Of a stretch of 64,000 nucleotides of DNA, positions 37,720-51,600 are shown piece by piece. The position numbers and the translations under genes were made by a program. The stretch's first letter is position 1. Every line of letters begins with the position of its first letter. The notes under the pieces were generated by a model. The model was not told the DNA's origin. It did no database searches and was given only the letters and a program-made list of their open reading frames with translations. Origin of the DNA: an uncultured virus (IMG/VR IMGVR_UViG_3300007345_000031) (Duplodnaviria > Heunggongvirae > Uroviricota > Caudoviricetes); the IMG/VR virus record IMGVR_UViG_3300007345_000031, one strand, 5' to 3'.

Positions 37720-39648
37720 ATGGCCCTCCAAAATTTTACTGGTCTAGATTTTGACCAAATAAAAACAACACTTATAGATTACATAAGATCAAATTCCAAT
37801 TTTACGGATTATGATTTTGAGGGATCTAATCTATCGACAATTATTGATCTGTTAGCATATAACACCTATATTACTTCATATAATGCCAATATGGTATCAA
37901 ATGAGGTATTTTTGGATAGTGCGACATTGAGAGAAAATGTTGTTTCACTTGCTAGAAATATTGGATATGTCCCAAGATCAAAGAAAGCTTCTAAAACAAA
38001 TATAAATTTTTCAGTTGATACTACGTTAATATCACCAAAACCAACATCTTTGTTACTGAATAAAGGTGTGGTTGCAGTATCACAGAATCAATTTGCAAAT
38101 CAATCATTTACTTTTATAATTCCTGAAGATGTAACGGTTCCAGTAATAGATAACACTGCAAGATTTGATAATATTGAAATTTTTGAAGGCACATTACTTA
38201 AGCAATCTTTTACAGTAAATTATAGAAATCTCAAACAAAGATTTATATTACCAAATACGGGAATTGATATTGACACCTTGAGAGTAAAGGTAAGATCTAG
38301 TGAATCATCTAGTGTTGCGACAACTTATTATAAAAAGGATAATCTTTTTGATAATAATTTGAATAGCGTTTTAAATGAAGAATCGACCATATTTTTCCTT
38401 CAAGAAGTAGAAGGTGAGCAATATGAATTAATATTTGGCGATGGTGTATTTGGTAAAAAACTTGAAGATGGAAGTATTATAGATGTTACATATGCAGTAA
38501 CATCTGGAGAATCTGCAAATGGTGTTAGTAATCTTGATTTTAGTGGAAAGTTATCTTATGTAAGAAATTCTATAGATTATACAGTTGTAAGTGGAATTAG
38601 TTTTTTAACTTTAGATAATGTTACTACTGGTGGGGAATCTATCGAAAGTGTAGATTCTATTAGAAAATATGCTCCTCAAATATATTCAACTCAAAATAGA
38701 GCTTTAACTGCATCAGACTATGAAACTTTAATACCAAGAAAAATTTATACTGAAGCAGAATCAGTATCAGTATTTGGTGGTGAAGATCTTGTTCCACCAC
38801 AATATGGAAAAGTTTTTATCAGTATAAAACCAAGAACTGGAGATTTTGTTCCCAATTCAATTAAACAAAATATCAAAAATCAACTTAGAAGTTATGCAGT
38901 AGCAGGAATTGTCCCTGAAATTTTAGATTTAAAATATCTTTTCCTTGAAACAGATAGTAAAATTTATTATAATCCAAATTTAGTTGAAAGTTCTAGTTTT
39001 TTATCATCATTAATCCAGTCAAATATCAATAAGTACGGAGAATCTGCAGAGTTAAATAGATATGGTGCAAGATTCAAATATAGTAAATTTTTAGGTATTA
39101 TTGATCAAAGCCATGAAGCAGTTTCATCTAATATTACAAGTGTTAAGATGAGAAGAGACTTAGGTCTTGCTATTAATTCATTTGCCGAATATACAATTGA
39201 CTTTGGAAATGAATTTCACATTCAATCTATGAATGGTTTCAATATTAAGTCAAGTGCTTTTAGAGTTTTAAATATTTCTGATGATGTTTATCTTTATGAT
39301 GTTCCATCTACAAATAGAACAACTGGAACAATTTCTTTATATTCTGGCAAATTCACTGATCCGGTTATAAGAAGAAGAAATGTTGGTACAATTGACTATA
39401 TGAAAGGCAGAATTACTCTTAGACCTATTAACATAGTTTCTGGAAAGAGTAAAAATGATCAACAAATTATGGAAATTACTGCTTGCCCACACTCCAATGA
39501 TGTTATAGGACTACAGGACTTGTTTATTCAACTAGATAGAGTTGATGTTGAAATGATTGCCGATCCAATTTCTTCTGGAAATGATCTTTCTGGTTCAACA
39601 TTTACTTCATCATCTAGTTATGTAAACGTAAACAATAATCCATATTAA
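37720..39648 (+). CDS. gp6: Baseplate wedge protein gp6
   Basis: LDFDQIK, FTDYDFEGS, EVFLDSATLRENVVSLA, FGDG..GK, QNRALTASDY. Confidence 0.92.
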   Translation: MALQNFTGLDFDQIKTTLIDYIRSNSNFTDYDFEGSNLSTIIDLLAYNTYITSYNANMVSNEVFLDSATLRENVVSLARNIGYVPRSKKASKTNINFSVDTTLISPKPTSLLLNKGVVAVSQNQFANQSFTFIIPEDVTVPVIDNTARFDNIEIFEGTLLKQSFTVNYRNLKQRFILPNTGIDIDTLRVKVRSSESSSVATTYYKKDNLFDNNLNSVLNEESTIFFLQEVEGEQYELIFGDGVFGKKLEDGSIIDVTYAVTSGESANGVSNLDFSGKLSYVRNSIDYTVVSGISFLTLDNVTTGGESIESVDSIRKYAPQIYSTQNRALTASDYETLIPRKIYTEAESVSVFGGEDLVPPQYGKVFISIKPRTGDFVPNSIKQNIKNQLRSYAVAGIVPEILDLKYLFLETDSKIYYNPNLVESSSFLSSLIQSNINKYGESAELNRYGARFKYSKFLGIIDQSHEAVSSNITSVKMRRDLGLAINSFAEYTIDFGNEFHIQSMNGFNIKSSAFRVLNISDDVYLYDVPSTNRTTGTISLYSGKFTDPVIRRRNVGTIDYMKGRITLRPINIVSGKSKNDQQIMEITACPHSNDVIGLQDLFIQLDRVDVEMIADPISSGNDLSGSTFTSSSSYVNVNNNPY

Positions 39649-39660
39649 TAGAAAAAAACA

Positions 39661-42600
39661 ATGGCAGAACAAAGAGTTAAGGTTAGTCAAATTGTTTCTA
39701 ATCAACTTCCCGAATATGTAAGACTACAATATCCACAATTTGTTCAATTTTTGACGCAGTATTATCAGGGTCAGGAATATCCAGGAGCTCCTCTTGACTT
39801 AATACAAAATATAGATTCATATATTAAAATAAATGAGAATGGAAATACTGTTGGTTTTACGTCTCTTTCTAATGATATTGATGTTATTGACAATTCCATT
39901 CAAGTAGATAATACTAGTGGATTTCCTGAAAAATATGGATTATTAAAAATTAATGATGAAATTATCACATATTCTGGAACAACTTCAACTTCATTTACTG
40001 GTTGTGTACGTGGATTTAGTGGTATTACTTCATTTACATCATCAGACAATATAGAAGATCTTGTATTTTCAAATTCAGAGGCATCTTCACATTCTGAGGG
40101 CGATAATGTTGAGAATTTAAGTAGATTATTCTTACAAGAATTTTTTAAAAAGATAAAAAAACAATATCTATATGGACTAGGTGATCAAAAATTAACGGAT
40201 AATTTAAATAAATCCCAATTTATCAGGAGTGCGAAAGATTTTTATTCAATAAAAGGAACTGATGCTTCGTTTAAAATTCTTTTTAAAGCACTTTTTGGCG
40301 AAAACGTTGAAATAGTTAGGCCATCGGACTATGTTATTTCACCTTCAAATGCCATTTATCAAAAAACAAAGGATTTAGTAGCAGAATTTATATCTGGAGA
40401 TCCATATGATTTAGTTAATAAAACTCTTTATCAAAGTGGTGATGAAAATATACCGGAAGCATATTCGCCAGTTTCAAATGTAGAGAAAATATCTACTGGT
40501 TCATTAAATAAGGATTATTATCGAATAACCATAGATGGTTCTTATCTCAAAAAAGAGGGATCAAATACAGAATCAATATATGATAATTTTTCAATACACC
40601 CAAAAACAAAATGTATTGGTGAGATTGGTATTGGACAAACATTCATAGATGTTGACTCTACAGTAGGATTTCCAAATTCTGGCTCTTTAGATGTTGTATA
40701 TAATGATTTCACTACGGATACTATCACATATTCAAACAAGACAATTAATCAATTTTTGGATGTATCAGTAATATCTAAAAGAATTTTAGATGGTTCTGAT
40801 ATAGATTATTCATCCTTTGCATATTCTGCTGGATTAGGTAGAACTGATGGGATTAAATTAAGAATAAGATCGGTGATAGGTGGATATAATATTCCAAAAG
40901 TAACTTATCAACAAAATATTGGTTCTAAGATAAAAATAAAATCTTTAGGAAAAATTGGCAATAAACTTAAAGAAAATAATTGGATATTTAACAATTCCCA
41001 ATCATATAATGTGGAGTCTTTGGAATTAATTGACTCTAGAAATTTCGTTTATAGATTAACAACTATTGATGATAATATTCTAAGAGTTGGCGATACTTTG
41101 AGATTAAAATCACTAAATGATGTATTTTTAACTGATGATTTTACAGTTACAACGATAATTAATAATAAAATTTCTTTAATACGTGGAAGTGACGTTGAAA
41201 ATCCCAACGGAATAGTAAGTGTTAATAGAATTTTAAATAAAGTTAAAACTAATATACACCCACAACTTAGTAAATTTACTGCAAATGTTCAAAATGTTTA
41301 TATCGATAATGATGATGATAGTGTTTTAGTAGCTTCAAATTCTTTGCCGTATTTTGAGTCACCTACAAATCCAGATATTCAAAAAATAATTCTTTCTGGT
41401 TTAGTTGCAAATAATCAAACTACACTTAAAGTTACTGAAGATTTTGATCATAATTTTTTCACTGGAGATTCAATTTATTATACTCCAAATAAAGATAATA
41501 ATGGTAATGTGATTAGTAAAATTTTTGATGAAGGTTTATATTTTGTTCATAGAGTTGATTCTAATAATGTAAAGTTGGCAAAAAGTGGATCTGATTTATA
41601 TAACGAAAAATATGTTACAATTGATGATCTTTCCGGAAAAGCAAACGTAGATATTACTAATCATATTATAGAAAAATATGCATTTAATGGGAAGATTATT
41701 GAGCCGCAAAAATTAATCAGAAAAATTCCCAATATCCATAATCAGAGAGATGATGAAGTAAATGAAAAGTCACTTGCCACTAAAGCAGGGGCTACTGGAA
41801 TTTTTATAAATGGTGTTGAAATTTTAAATTATAAGTCTCATAGTTATGTGCATTATGGAGAAATTGAAGAAATTAATCTTACCTCCCCTGGTTTTGGATA
41901 CGATGTGATTAACCCACCACTATTATCAATTTCAGATTCTGTTGGTAGTGGAGCCACTGGAGTCTGTGGCGTGAAAGGAAACTTTGTAGATATTGATTTA
42001 ATCGATGGGGGATTTGATTATCTTGATATTCCATCTATTCAAATAACCGGTGGAAATGGAAAATCAGCCAAAGCATCTGCAAATACAACGTTTGTAGATC
42101 ATACACTCTCATTTGATTCCTCCAATCTACTCGACATTTCTGTAGATTTTGAATTGAGATCTGGTTTTGGTGGAATTTCAACTGAAACATCAAAAATTGG
42201 ATTTTCAACATATCATAGATTTAAGAATGGAGAATCTGTAGTATATAAAACTCTTGGAGGAAATGCAGTCACAGGATTGTCAACGGATTCAACATATTAT
42301 GTAAATGTAGTTAATGATTATGATATAAAGTTACATTTATCTAAAGGAGATGCATTAGCATCCTCTGGAACTGGTATTAATACAATTTCTTTATCGGATT
42401 TTGGAACGGGTAATCATTCTTTTACTGCAATACCAAAACTATCAGTTTCTTCAATAAGAATTATTGATCCTGGATTTGATTATGAAAATAAAAAGAGAAT
42501 GTGTTCATCAGCGGGTATTAATACTTCCATCAATACGATAGATATACTAAATCATGGGTATAAAACTGGCGAAATAATTAGATATTCTTTTAATGAAACA

Positions 42601-45600
42601 TCTATTGGAGGTCTTTCTACAACAAAGGATTATATAGTAACAACTATTAATAATGATTCCTTTAAATTATCTGATGTTGGAATCGGTTCTGATTTAAAAT
42701 ATTTGTATTTTAATAGAAACGTCTTTAAAAATTTAACGTCTTCTGGTTCGGGATTACACACTTTCAATTATCCAGAAATTTCTGTAAAAGTTATTGGAAA
42801 AGTTGGAGTAACTTCTATAGGTGAAGATACTTTTGAAGCTAAAGTTCAACCAATAGTTCGTGGTGAGTTAACTTCAATACATTTAACTAATAATGGACAA
42901 AATTATGGAACTAGTAGAATCTTAAACCTTAAAAGATTGCCAAAGGTAAGTTTAATTAGTGGAACTGATGCTGCACTAAAACCTGTCATACTAAATGGAC
43001 AAATTGTCAATGTCGTAATTTTAAATTCTGGAAAAGATTATACATCTATACCAGATTTGATTGTACGTGGTACAGGAACATCTGGAAAATTAGTACCGAT
43101 ATTAAAAGATGGTGCTATTGTTGATGTTAAAATATCCAGACCTGGCGTTGGATATGAGCAAAATTCCACATCAATTGAAGTGTTGCCGGCCGGCAATAAT
43201 GCAGAATTTGAATCAGTAATTCAATCGTGGAGAGTGAATGAGGTTCGAAAAAATCTATCAAATGTCAAGGATGATGATATTTTTGTTTCTCCTAGTATGA
43301 ATGATGGCAAAGGATTGCAGTGTTATTTTGCTTATGGCCCAAGAAATTTAAGAAAATTAGTATATTCCACTGATAGGGGTGGGAGAATTTTGTATGGTAG
43401 AAATGATCTAAGAATTGTGAATGGATTAGAGTCTAGCAATATAAACCACTCACCAATTATTGGATGGGCATATGATGGAAGTCCGATATATGGTCCATAT
43501 GGATACAAGACAAATAAAGGAACTGGAGGAGTAACACAACTTAAGAGTGGTTATACATTAAAGTTATCCCCCAATAGACCTCCATTAGTAAATTTTCCTG
43601 AAGGATTTTTTGTTGAGGACTTTGAGTGGAGTTATTCTTCTTCTGAAGATACTCTTGATGAAAATAATGGAAGATTTTGCATAACACCAGAATTTCCAAA
43701 TGGAATCTATGCGTATTTTACAACTTTTGACGCAATACCATCAGAGGATGGGGTATTTAAAAATTTTAAAGCACCCACATTTCCATATGTAATTGGAAAT
43801 TCATATCATAAAACTCCAGATGAGTTTAATTTCAAAAAAAGATCAAATCAGGATGATATAAATTTAAATGATTTTAATATAAGTAGAAATACATATCCAT
43901 ATTTGCTGTCTAATGATAATAGTGGTTATGATTATCTGGTAGAATCTTACAAATTTACCGATCAAGATCCTACTATTACATCAGTAAATAGGGGAAATAT
44001 TACATCAATTGGTATTGTTAGTGAAGGTATAAATTATCAAGTTGATGATACAGTCGTTCTTGACGCATCGACCACCTCTAGAGATTTTGGGCAAAGTAAC
44101 AAAGTTTCTCTGATAGGAGGAGTTGGTGTATCTTCAATATCTTGCGAAACCTTTATCGTACCAAACTTAGAATTTTATCCAAATGGAAGCACTGTAGTAG
44201 CTGTACACACTACTAACCATAATATTAGTAATAATGAGGCATTGAATGTAGTTGGACTGAGCACTGAAAAATACATTAAACCGGGTCAGTATACTGTTGG
44301 TATTTCTTCATTAACATTTGAACTGCAAAATACTTTAAATGCTCAAAATATAACCGGAATTGTTACTTACATAAACATTAAGGCTAATACAACTTCATTT
44401 TTCTCAGACTTAAAGTTTGTAGAACCAAATGATGTATATAATTTATATGCAAATAAGACGTATACTGAATCAGTTCGTGTTCTTCTCCCACAGGTCGGAA
44501 CTGCAATTACAAGCAAGGCTTTGGATCCTGAAAGCAATCCTACAAGATTTACCGATGCTGCCGTATATGACTATATATGGGATAATTATGATGAATTTGA
44601 TGTTGATGGTGATGGAGTAGTTTCTTTTAATGATGCGATAGTTATAGTAAGACACCTGTATGGAGACGAGGTTAAGGAAAGGGGTGCTTTTTCTGGAAAT
44701 CGTATTTTTTCTACAGGTGGCGGTATTAGTGGAATTGGTTATAGTGGTGTGCCGGCCGCCGCCACAAGAACTACCAACAGAGAAGTGAGAGATTTCTTGG
44801 ATTTCAGATCTTTTCATTCTAGGGAAGGTAATATTGGAGTTTCTACAAATGTAATTACTGGTATACAAACGGGATATCTTTTTTATGGATCAGATCCAGA
44901 TAATGTTGTTCGTGGAAAAGTTAGTATTGGCCAATCCGTCAACAGTACATTTGTGGCTGCTGGCACTACAGTGACTGCTATTGGTAAAAATTCTATTACT
45001 ATCAGCAACACTACAACAAATACAGAAACTCAAGTAGGAACTTCAATTACATTTGGAAATGGATTGTATGATGTTGATGGTAATGGTCAAATAACTGTTT
45101 TTAGTGATGGCATAATGATAGCTAGAGTTTTTGGCCCTAGTGAATTTAAAAATCCATCTGATAATGGCATAGCTGGTTTTGCTACTGATAATACAATTTT
45201 TGATACTCTTAAGGTTTTAAATATAGATCCAGATTTGGGAAGAATTAGAGTATTACGAACAGGTAATGGAACATATAGTGGTGTATTTGGTTCTAACAGT
45301 GAACTTGTAGAAAGATCTAGAAAAGTAGAGATTCCATTCATTGGAATTTCAACAGTTAATGACTCAAGAAAAACCTATGAGTATTATTTTAATCCTACAG
45401 AATCCATAGGAATAGGGGAAGACATTAGTGCAGGTGCAGGTACTACAATTACATTTACGAATCCTGGTGCTGGCCAAACTCAGGTCTTTGTTCCAACCAG
45501 AGCAATTTATCTTCCATATCATACATTAAGAACTGGTGATAAAGTTGTATATAAGACAAATATTGGAGATACAATAGGTGTATCTACTGTTAGTGGAGGT

Positions 45601-48600
45601 TCTAGTGTACCTCTTACCCAATATTCCGAGTTATATGTTGGAAAAATAAATGACAACTTTATTGGACTTTCTACAGTAAAAGTTTCTGCGGGAACAACGG
45701 ATGGAATTTTTGTTGGGGTTACACCAGAAACAGAGCATCATGAATTGCTCTATTTTGTTGGGTTGGGGACAGGTGTATATCACAGTTTAACATTTAATAA
45801 TCCAGACACAGTAACTGGTAATTTAGAAAAGAACATCGTTACTGTTTCAACTTCAAGTACGCATGGATTATCTCTTCTTGATAATGTTTTTGTTGAAGTA
45901 AAACCAAATATTAATGAAACAATAAAAGTAAAATATAACAAGAGTATTAGAAAATTAATTGTCAATGAATATGATTATGTCACATCAGGAATTTCTTCCG
46001 AAAATAGAACAATTTCTATAACAGATCATAAACTTTCAACAGGCCAAAAAGTTATTAATTTTTTAAATACATCTATTAATGATGATTCTTTTAAAGATGA
46101 GGGAGAATATTATGTATACGTTGTTGATAGAAATACAATCAAGTTAACAAATGAAAAATATGAATTATTCGAAAAAACTCCATCATTTATTGGACTTTCT
46201 ACTCTTTCTTCAGGATCTTTATCTTTAATAAATCCCCCCTTAAATCTAGTTAAAAATTCTACGGTTAAATTTGATTTATCGGATTCTTCGTTATCTTATG
46301 TTCAAAATAATATTTCATATTCAGCGTTTAGATTTGATTTTTATAGAGATTCTAGTTATAAAGACATATATGTTACTAATGAGTTAAATTCATTATTCGC
46401 AGTATCTTCTGAAGGACAAATTGGAGTAACTGCAGGTGCAAATTATACATTGACAGTCAATGATAATACTCCAAATAGACTTTACTATAAATTAACTCCC
46501 ATTGATTTAAATCAAAATGTAATAGAAAATAAACAAATTTCCGTAGATAAAGAAGTAGAATTTTTTAATTCTATTTTTCCAATAGATAGTGATTATTCTG
46601 GAAAGCATACGGTTACTGGAATTGGATCTACATCTTTTTCATATTTACTTTCAGTAAAACCAGAAGCATCTGCTTATATTTCAACAAACACATCACTATC
46701 ATATAATACTACATCATCTAGTGCATATGGACCAATAAAAAATATATCTGTTGGTAATGGGGGCAAATATTATTCAGAAATTCCAGGAATTTCTGAAATA
46801 GTGACTGGAATAGGAACTGGAGCTATTCTTAATGTCTTCAGTGACAGTATTGGTAAAATTAATTCAGTAAGAATTGATGATATTGGATTTGATTACCCAT
46901 CAGATTTAACTTTAAAACCTGAAGTATACATTCCACAAATATTAAGAGTTGAACAATTATCAAAGTTTAAGTCAATTAGTATAATCACAGATACTCAAGG
47001 TGCTACAGGGCCCACTAATATTTTTAGACACAATATACCACCAAAACTTGTTGTAGTTGATGGAATTACTAACAAAGTTGTGGATGATGCAATTTTGAAA
47101 ATGAATCTACCTGAAAAAAAGGTAGACATTCTTCAAAATACATTTTCATTATCTGATGCTATACCAAAATTAATTCCTACAGAAAATGTAACTGGAATTG
47201 GATTCACTTCTTTAACATATGACATTTCAACCAAGGAAGTCACTGTTTCTTTGACTAACGCTCAAGGACCAAAATTTGCAAATCTCAATCAAAATACCAC
47301 CGAAGATTTTGTAAATATTAGAGTTGGTGATAATGTTTTAGTAGAAAACGTAAGTGTTGGAGTAGGAACTACTGGAACTGGATATAATTCTTCAAATTAT
47401 AATTACAAATTATTCCCAGTGGTAGGTGTTACTACTGCAACAGGAATTGTTACATTTAGTATGAGTAGTGTTATTGAGGACGATTATAATCCAGGTAAAT
47501 TTATTAGTAATTTATCTTCACCTTCATTATTACCAGAAAGACTATTTCCAAAGTTCTCTATAGAGTTAGATAAAACTGGATTTAAAGAATCCGAAATTGT
47601 GAAGTCTGGTTCTAAGACAGGAAAGGTAATAAAATTTGATAGTTTCAATAAATTAGTTCATATTGAAAGCGCAGACGAATTTTTTATCAATGATACGTTA
47701 ATTTCAGAATCCTTCGGAACAAAAGCTATAGTAAAAGATAATACTTTCTTTGAAAGTAGATTAGATTTAGACTATTATTCTATAATTGGAAGAAAATGGT
47801 CAAACACCACAGGTTTTATAAGTGATAATTTGCAAAGGGTACATGACAACGACTACTATCAATATTTTTCATATGCAGTAAAATCTAAAATTGGTATTGA
47901 TAAGTGGGATGAAAGTGTAAGTACTCTTAATCATGCTGCAGGATTTAAAAAGTTTAGTGATTTACAAATTGAATCTTCGGTCCCAACTTCTTTGAGTATG
48001 AAACCAACGATTGAAGAAGTTACTACCGTGTTTATTACTCTCGATAATATTGTAGATTTGAACTGCTATGATAACTTTGATTTAGTTCATGAAAATTTAC
48101 TTATTTCTGATGGTAATAGGACATTTTCAAATGAAATTAATTTTACATCCACAATCTTAACAGATTATGATGAATCTATTTCAAATAGAGTAGTTAATAT
48201 TGATGATGTCAGTGGAGAGTTTAATAGTAATCCAAGATCAACACCATTTTCGGAAATATTCAGAACATTAACAGAAGACACAAGATCTCAAAAATTTATC
48301 ACATACGTTAGAGATAGAACTTTTGTTGGAGAAAGGCAATTGATGGTGGCCACTGTTCTAACTGATACTGATCGCGCCTTAGGCATGATTAATCAATATG
48401 GAACTGTCTATACTCAATCTGATTTAGGATCTCTCGATTATGTGATTGACGGCAATGATGGTGTGCTTCGTTTTTATCCGACAAAATATCAATATAATAA
48501 TTATAATGTTTCGTTCTTTGCATATTCTTTAGAAGATATAGTATCAATATCAACAGTATCTTCATCGCATACTGTAGGAATTTCTTCAGAATTAGCAGGA

Positions 48601-51600
48601 AAACCTCAAGGAAGTATAGCCAGTATAGGATCTTCCGAAATACTTACAGTTGGTACTGCGGTTACAAATTTAGTGGTCATTTCGGGTATTGGAACTACCC
48701 TTCCTAGTGTTAGGTCTGCAAAAGTTTTAGTCAATATTGAAGTCGATGATGGTCAAACTGAATTTAATGAACTTAATGTTATTCATAATGGAACAGATGC
48801 ACATCTATTAGAATTTGGTCAACTAAATGCACATTCAATTGATACTTTTGGATCATCTGGTCTTGGAACATATGGTGCATCAGTTTCTAGTGATAATGAA
48901 TTGATAATTGAGTTCACTCCATCAGTAGGACTTGGAACAACTGCAGTAATTAGTGCAAATACTATTACTGTGGGTCTCTCTACAGAAATCTATAATAATC
49001 AAAATTCTGGACTTGGTTCTGAGTCTACATTAAGTTCGGGAACATTAATAACAAAATGTACAGAATTAATAGGTGGTTCTGCAGAGTCTGTTGCAGAATT
49101 TTCAAGTGAGTTTGATGCTGCGTATTCAATTATTCAAGTTGCAGATCTTGATAATGATATGTATCAAATGTCAGAGGCTATCATTGTTTCTGATGGAACA
49201 GATGCTCACATTACAGAATTTGGAAATGTAGAAACTAATCATAGTTTGGGTGAAATGACTGGAGGTGTTAATTCAGGAATAACCCAGATTACATTCACTC
49301 CTGCTGCTGGAGTTGGAGATCTTCATGTCAAATCATTTACACATGCAATTAAAGTGGATACTGGAACTGATTCTGGAGAAATTGATTTAGATAACTCCAA
49401 ATTGATAACAAATTCAGGAACTTACACTGGAACTGAATTAGATGTTAGAAAAGATTTTGAAATTCTCCATAAAACATATCCAGTATTTAAGAGAGTATTT
49501 GATGGATCTGACAGCAGTTTTGTTGATGTGGTCAATAATAAAATTATTCTACCATACCATTTCTTTACAACAGGAGAGAAAGTAGAATACAGACCTAAAA
49601 CAGGAATTGGTACTAATAGTATAGGTATTGATGATATAACTGTTGGAAGTGGTACTACAGATAAATTACCAACTACAGTATATGTAATTAAATTAAGTGA
49701 AAGTGAAATTAGATTTGCACAAACCGCTGAAAATGCCCTTAAACCTTTCCCAGAACCAATTACAATAACTTCAGTTGGAATTAATAGTGATCATAGCATA
49801 ACTTCAACTAATCAAAATCAGAGAGTATTAATTTCTATTGATAATTATATACAGTCTCCTATAGTTTCTACATCAGTAACAACATCTTTAGCAGATCAAG
49901 TTTTGATAACAGAGGATTCCGTCAAATTCTCGGGAATAACTTCGTTCTTTAGTGGTGATTATATTAAGATTGATGATGAAATCATGAGAATACGTGGAGT
50001 TGGTATTGGTTCCACTAATGCAATTACGGTCTTTAGAGCCTGGGCAGGAACCTCACTTGCTGGACACTCTACGGATAGTTTAGTTACAAAGATCAAAGGA
50101 AATTATAATATTATTGGAAATACACTAAACTTTATTGAAGCTCCTTTTGGCAATAATCCAATAAGTTCTACAACTAATGCACCATCTGAAAGAGATTGGG
50201 AAGGTATTACTACATCATCTTCATTCCATGCAAGAGCGTTTATGAAAACGGGTGTTGTTGGAGCTACCACAGACACATATGCAGGAAACTACATATTTGA
50301 CGACATTTCTCAAAACTTTAGTGGAAGTGAGGACACTTATATAATAACTTCAGGAAATTCAAATGTTGTAGGAATCTCTACTAATAATGCGATAGTATTG
50401 ATAAATGGTATTTTACAAGAACCAGGACTTAATAATGATTTTACTATAACTGAAGATTCTGATGTTGGAATAAGTTCTATTAAATTTACGGGAACAGCGA
50501 GTGCCACTTCTACTGATCCAAATTCACTTAATGTTCCTGTAGGAGGTATTATAGTTTCTGTAGCCTCATCTAGAGGACTTGGATATCAACCTTTAATATC
50601 TGCAGGTGCAACTGCTGTAATTTCAGTTGGAAATACTGTTGAATCTATTACTATTGGAAATACTGGTTCTGGTTATAGATCAAATAACATTTATGAAATT
50701 GAAACAACAACAAAATATTCTGTTGGTGTAGGATCTACTAACATTTTACTTTCAAATACTAATAGTGCCCTTAATGTTATTAATTTGAACACAAGTTCTA
50801 CTAATACTATTGCAATTGGTACATACATTAAAGAAACAACATCTATTGTTTCTATAGCAAATACATTTGTTGGTATTGGTTCCACTTCTCCATATGAAAT
50901 ACCTGCAGGCACTTCAGTGAAGATTCAGATAGAGAATCCGGATGTCGGTATTGTAAATGTTGGTGTTGCTACGACTTCTTTGGGTATTGTGAATGTAACT
51001 CATGTCGGTTTTAGTACAATAAATGCAGGATTTGTTACGTCTGTGACAATAACAAATGGTGGAGATGGATTCTCATCAACAAATCCCCCATATGTAATAT
51101 TTGATGAACCTCTCCCATATTCCAACATACCTTTAGTTTATAGTGAAACTTCTGTTGGAAGTGGAGGAACACAGGCAAAAGTTAATATTACTGTTGGACA
51201 AGGTTCTAGTGTGATTGATTTTGAAATCATTAATCAAGGTTATGGATATGGTCAAGGACATGTGCTTACCATTCCTACAGGAGGTATTACCGGTATTCCT
51301 ACAGATTCTTCAATTGGAACATCATTTGAAGAATTTAAATTGACAATACAAGAAACATTAACTGATGAATTTTCTGCATGGTTTATCGGTGAAATAGAAC
51401 CACTTGATGATTTCTCCGATCTTTTTGATGGATCCAGAAAAACATTCTCATTATTTAGATCTGGAAATAGATTGTCAGTTCAGTCTGATTATGGATCAAT
51501 TGTAAACGTTGATGATGTCTTAATTGTTTTCATTAATGATATTTTACAAATTCCTGGCGATTCCTATACATTTAGTAGTGGAAGCACAATTACTTTTAGT

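Noticed and set aside
47008..47013. GGGCCC inside gp7
   Set aside because: Lacks the leading T and the downstream AAAGTGT; chance hexamer in coding sequence.
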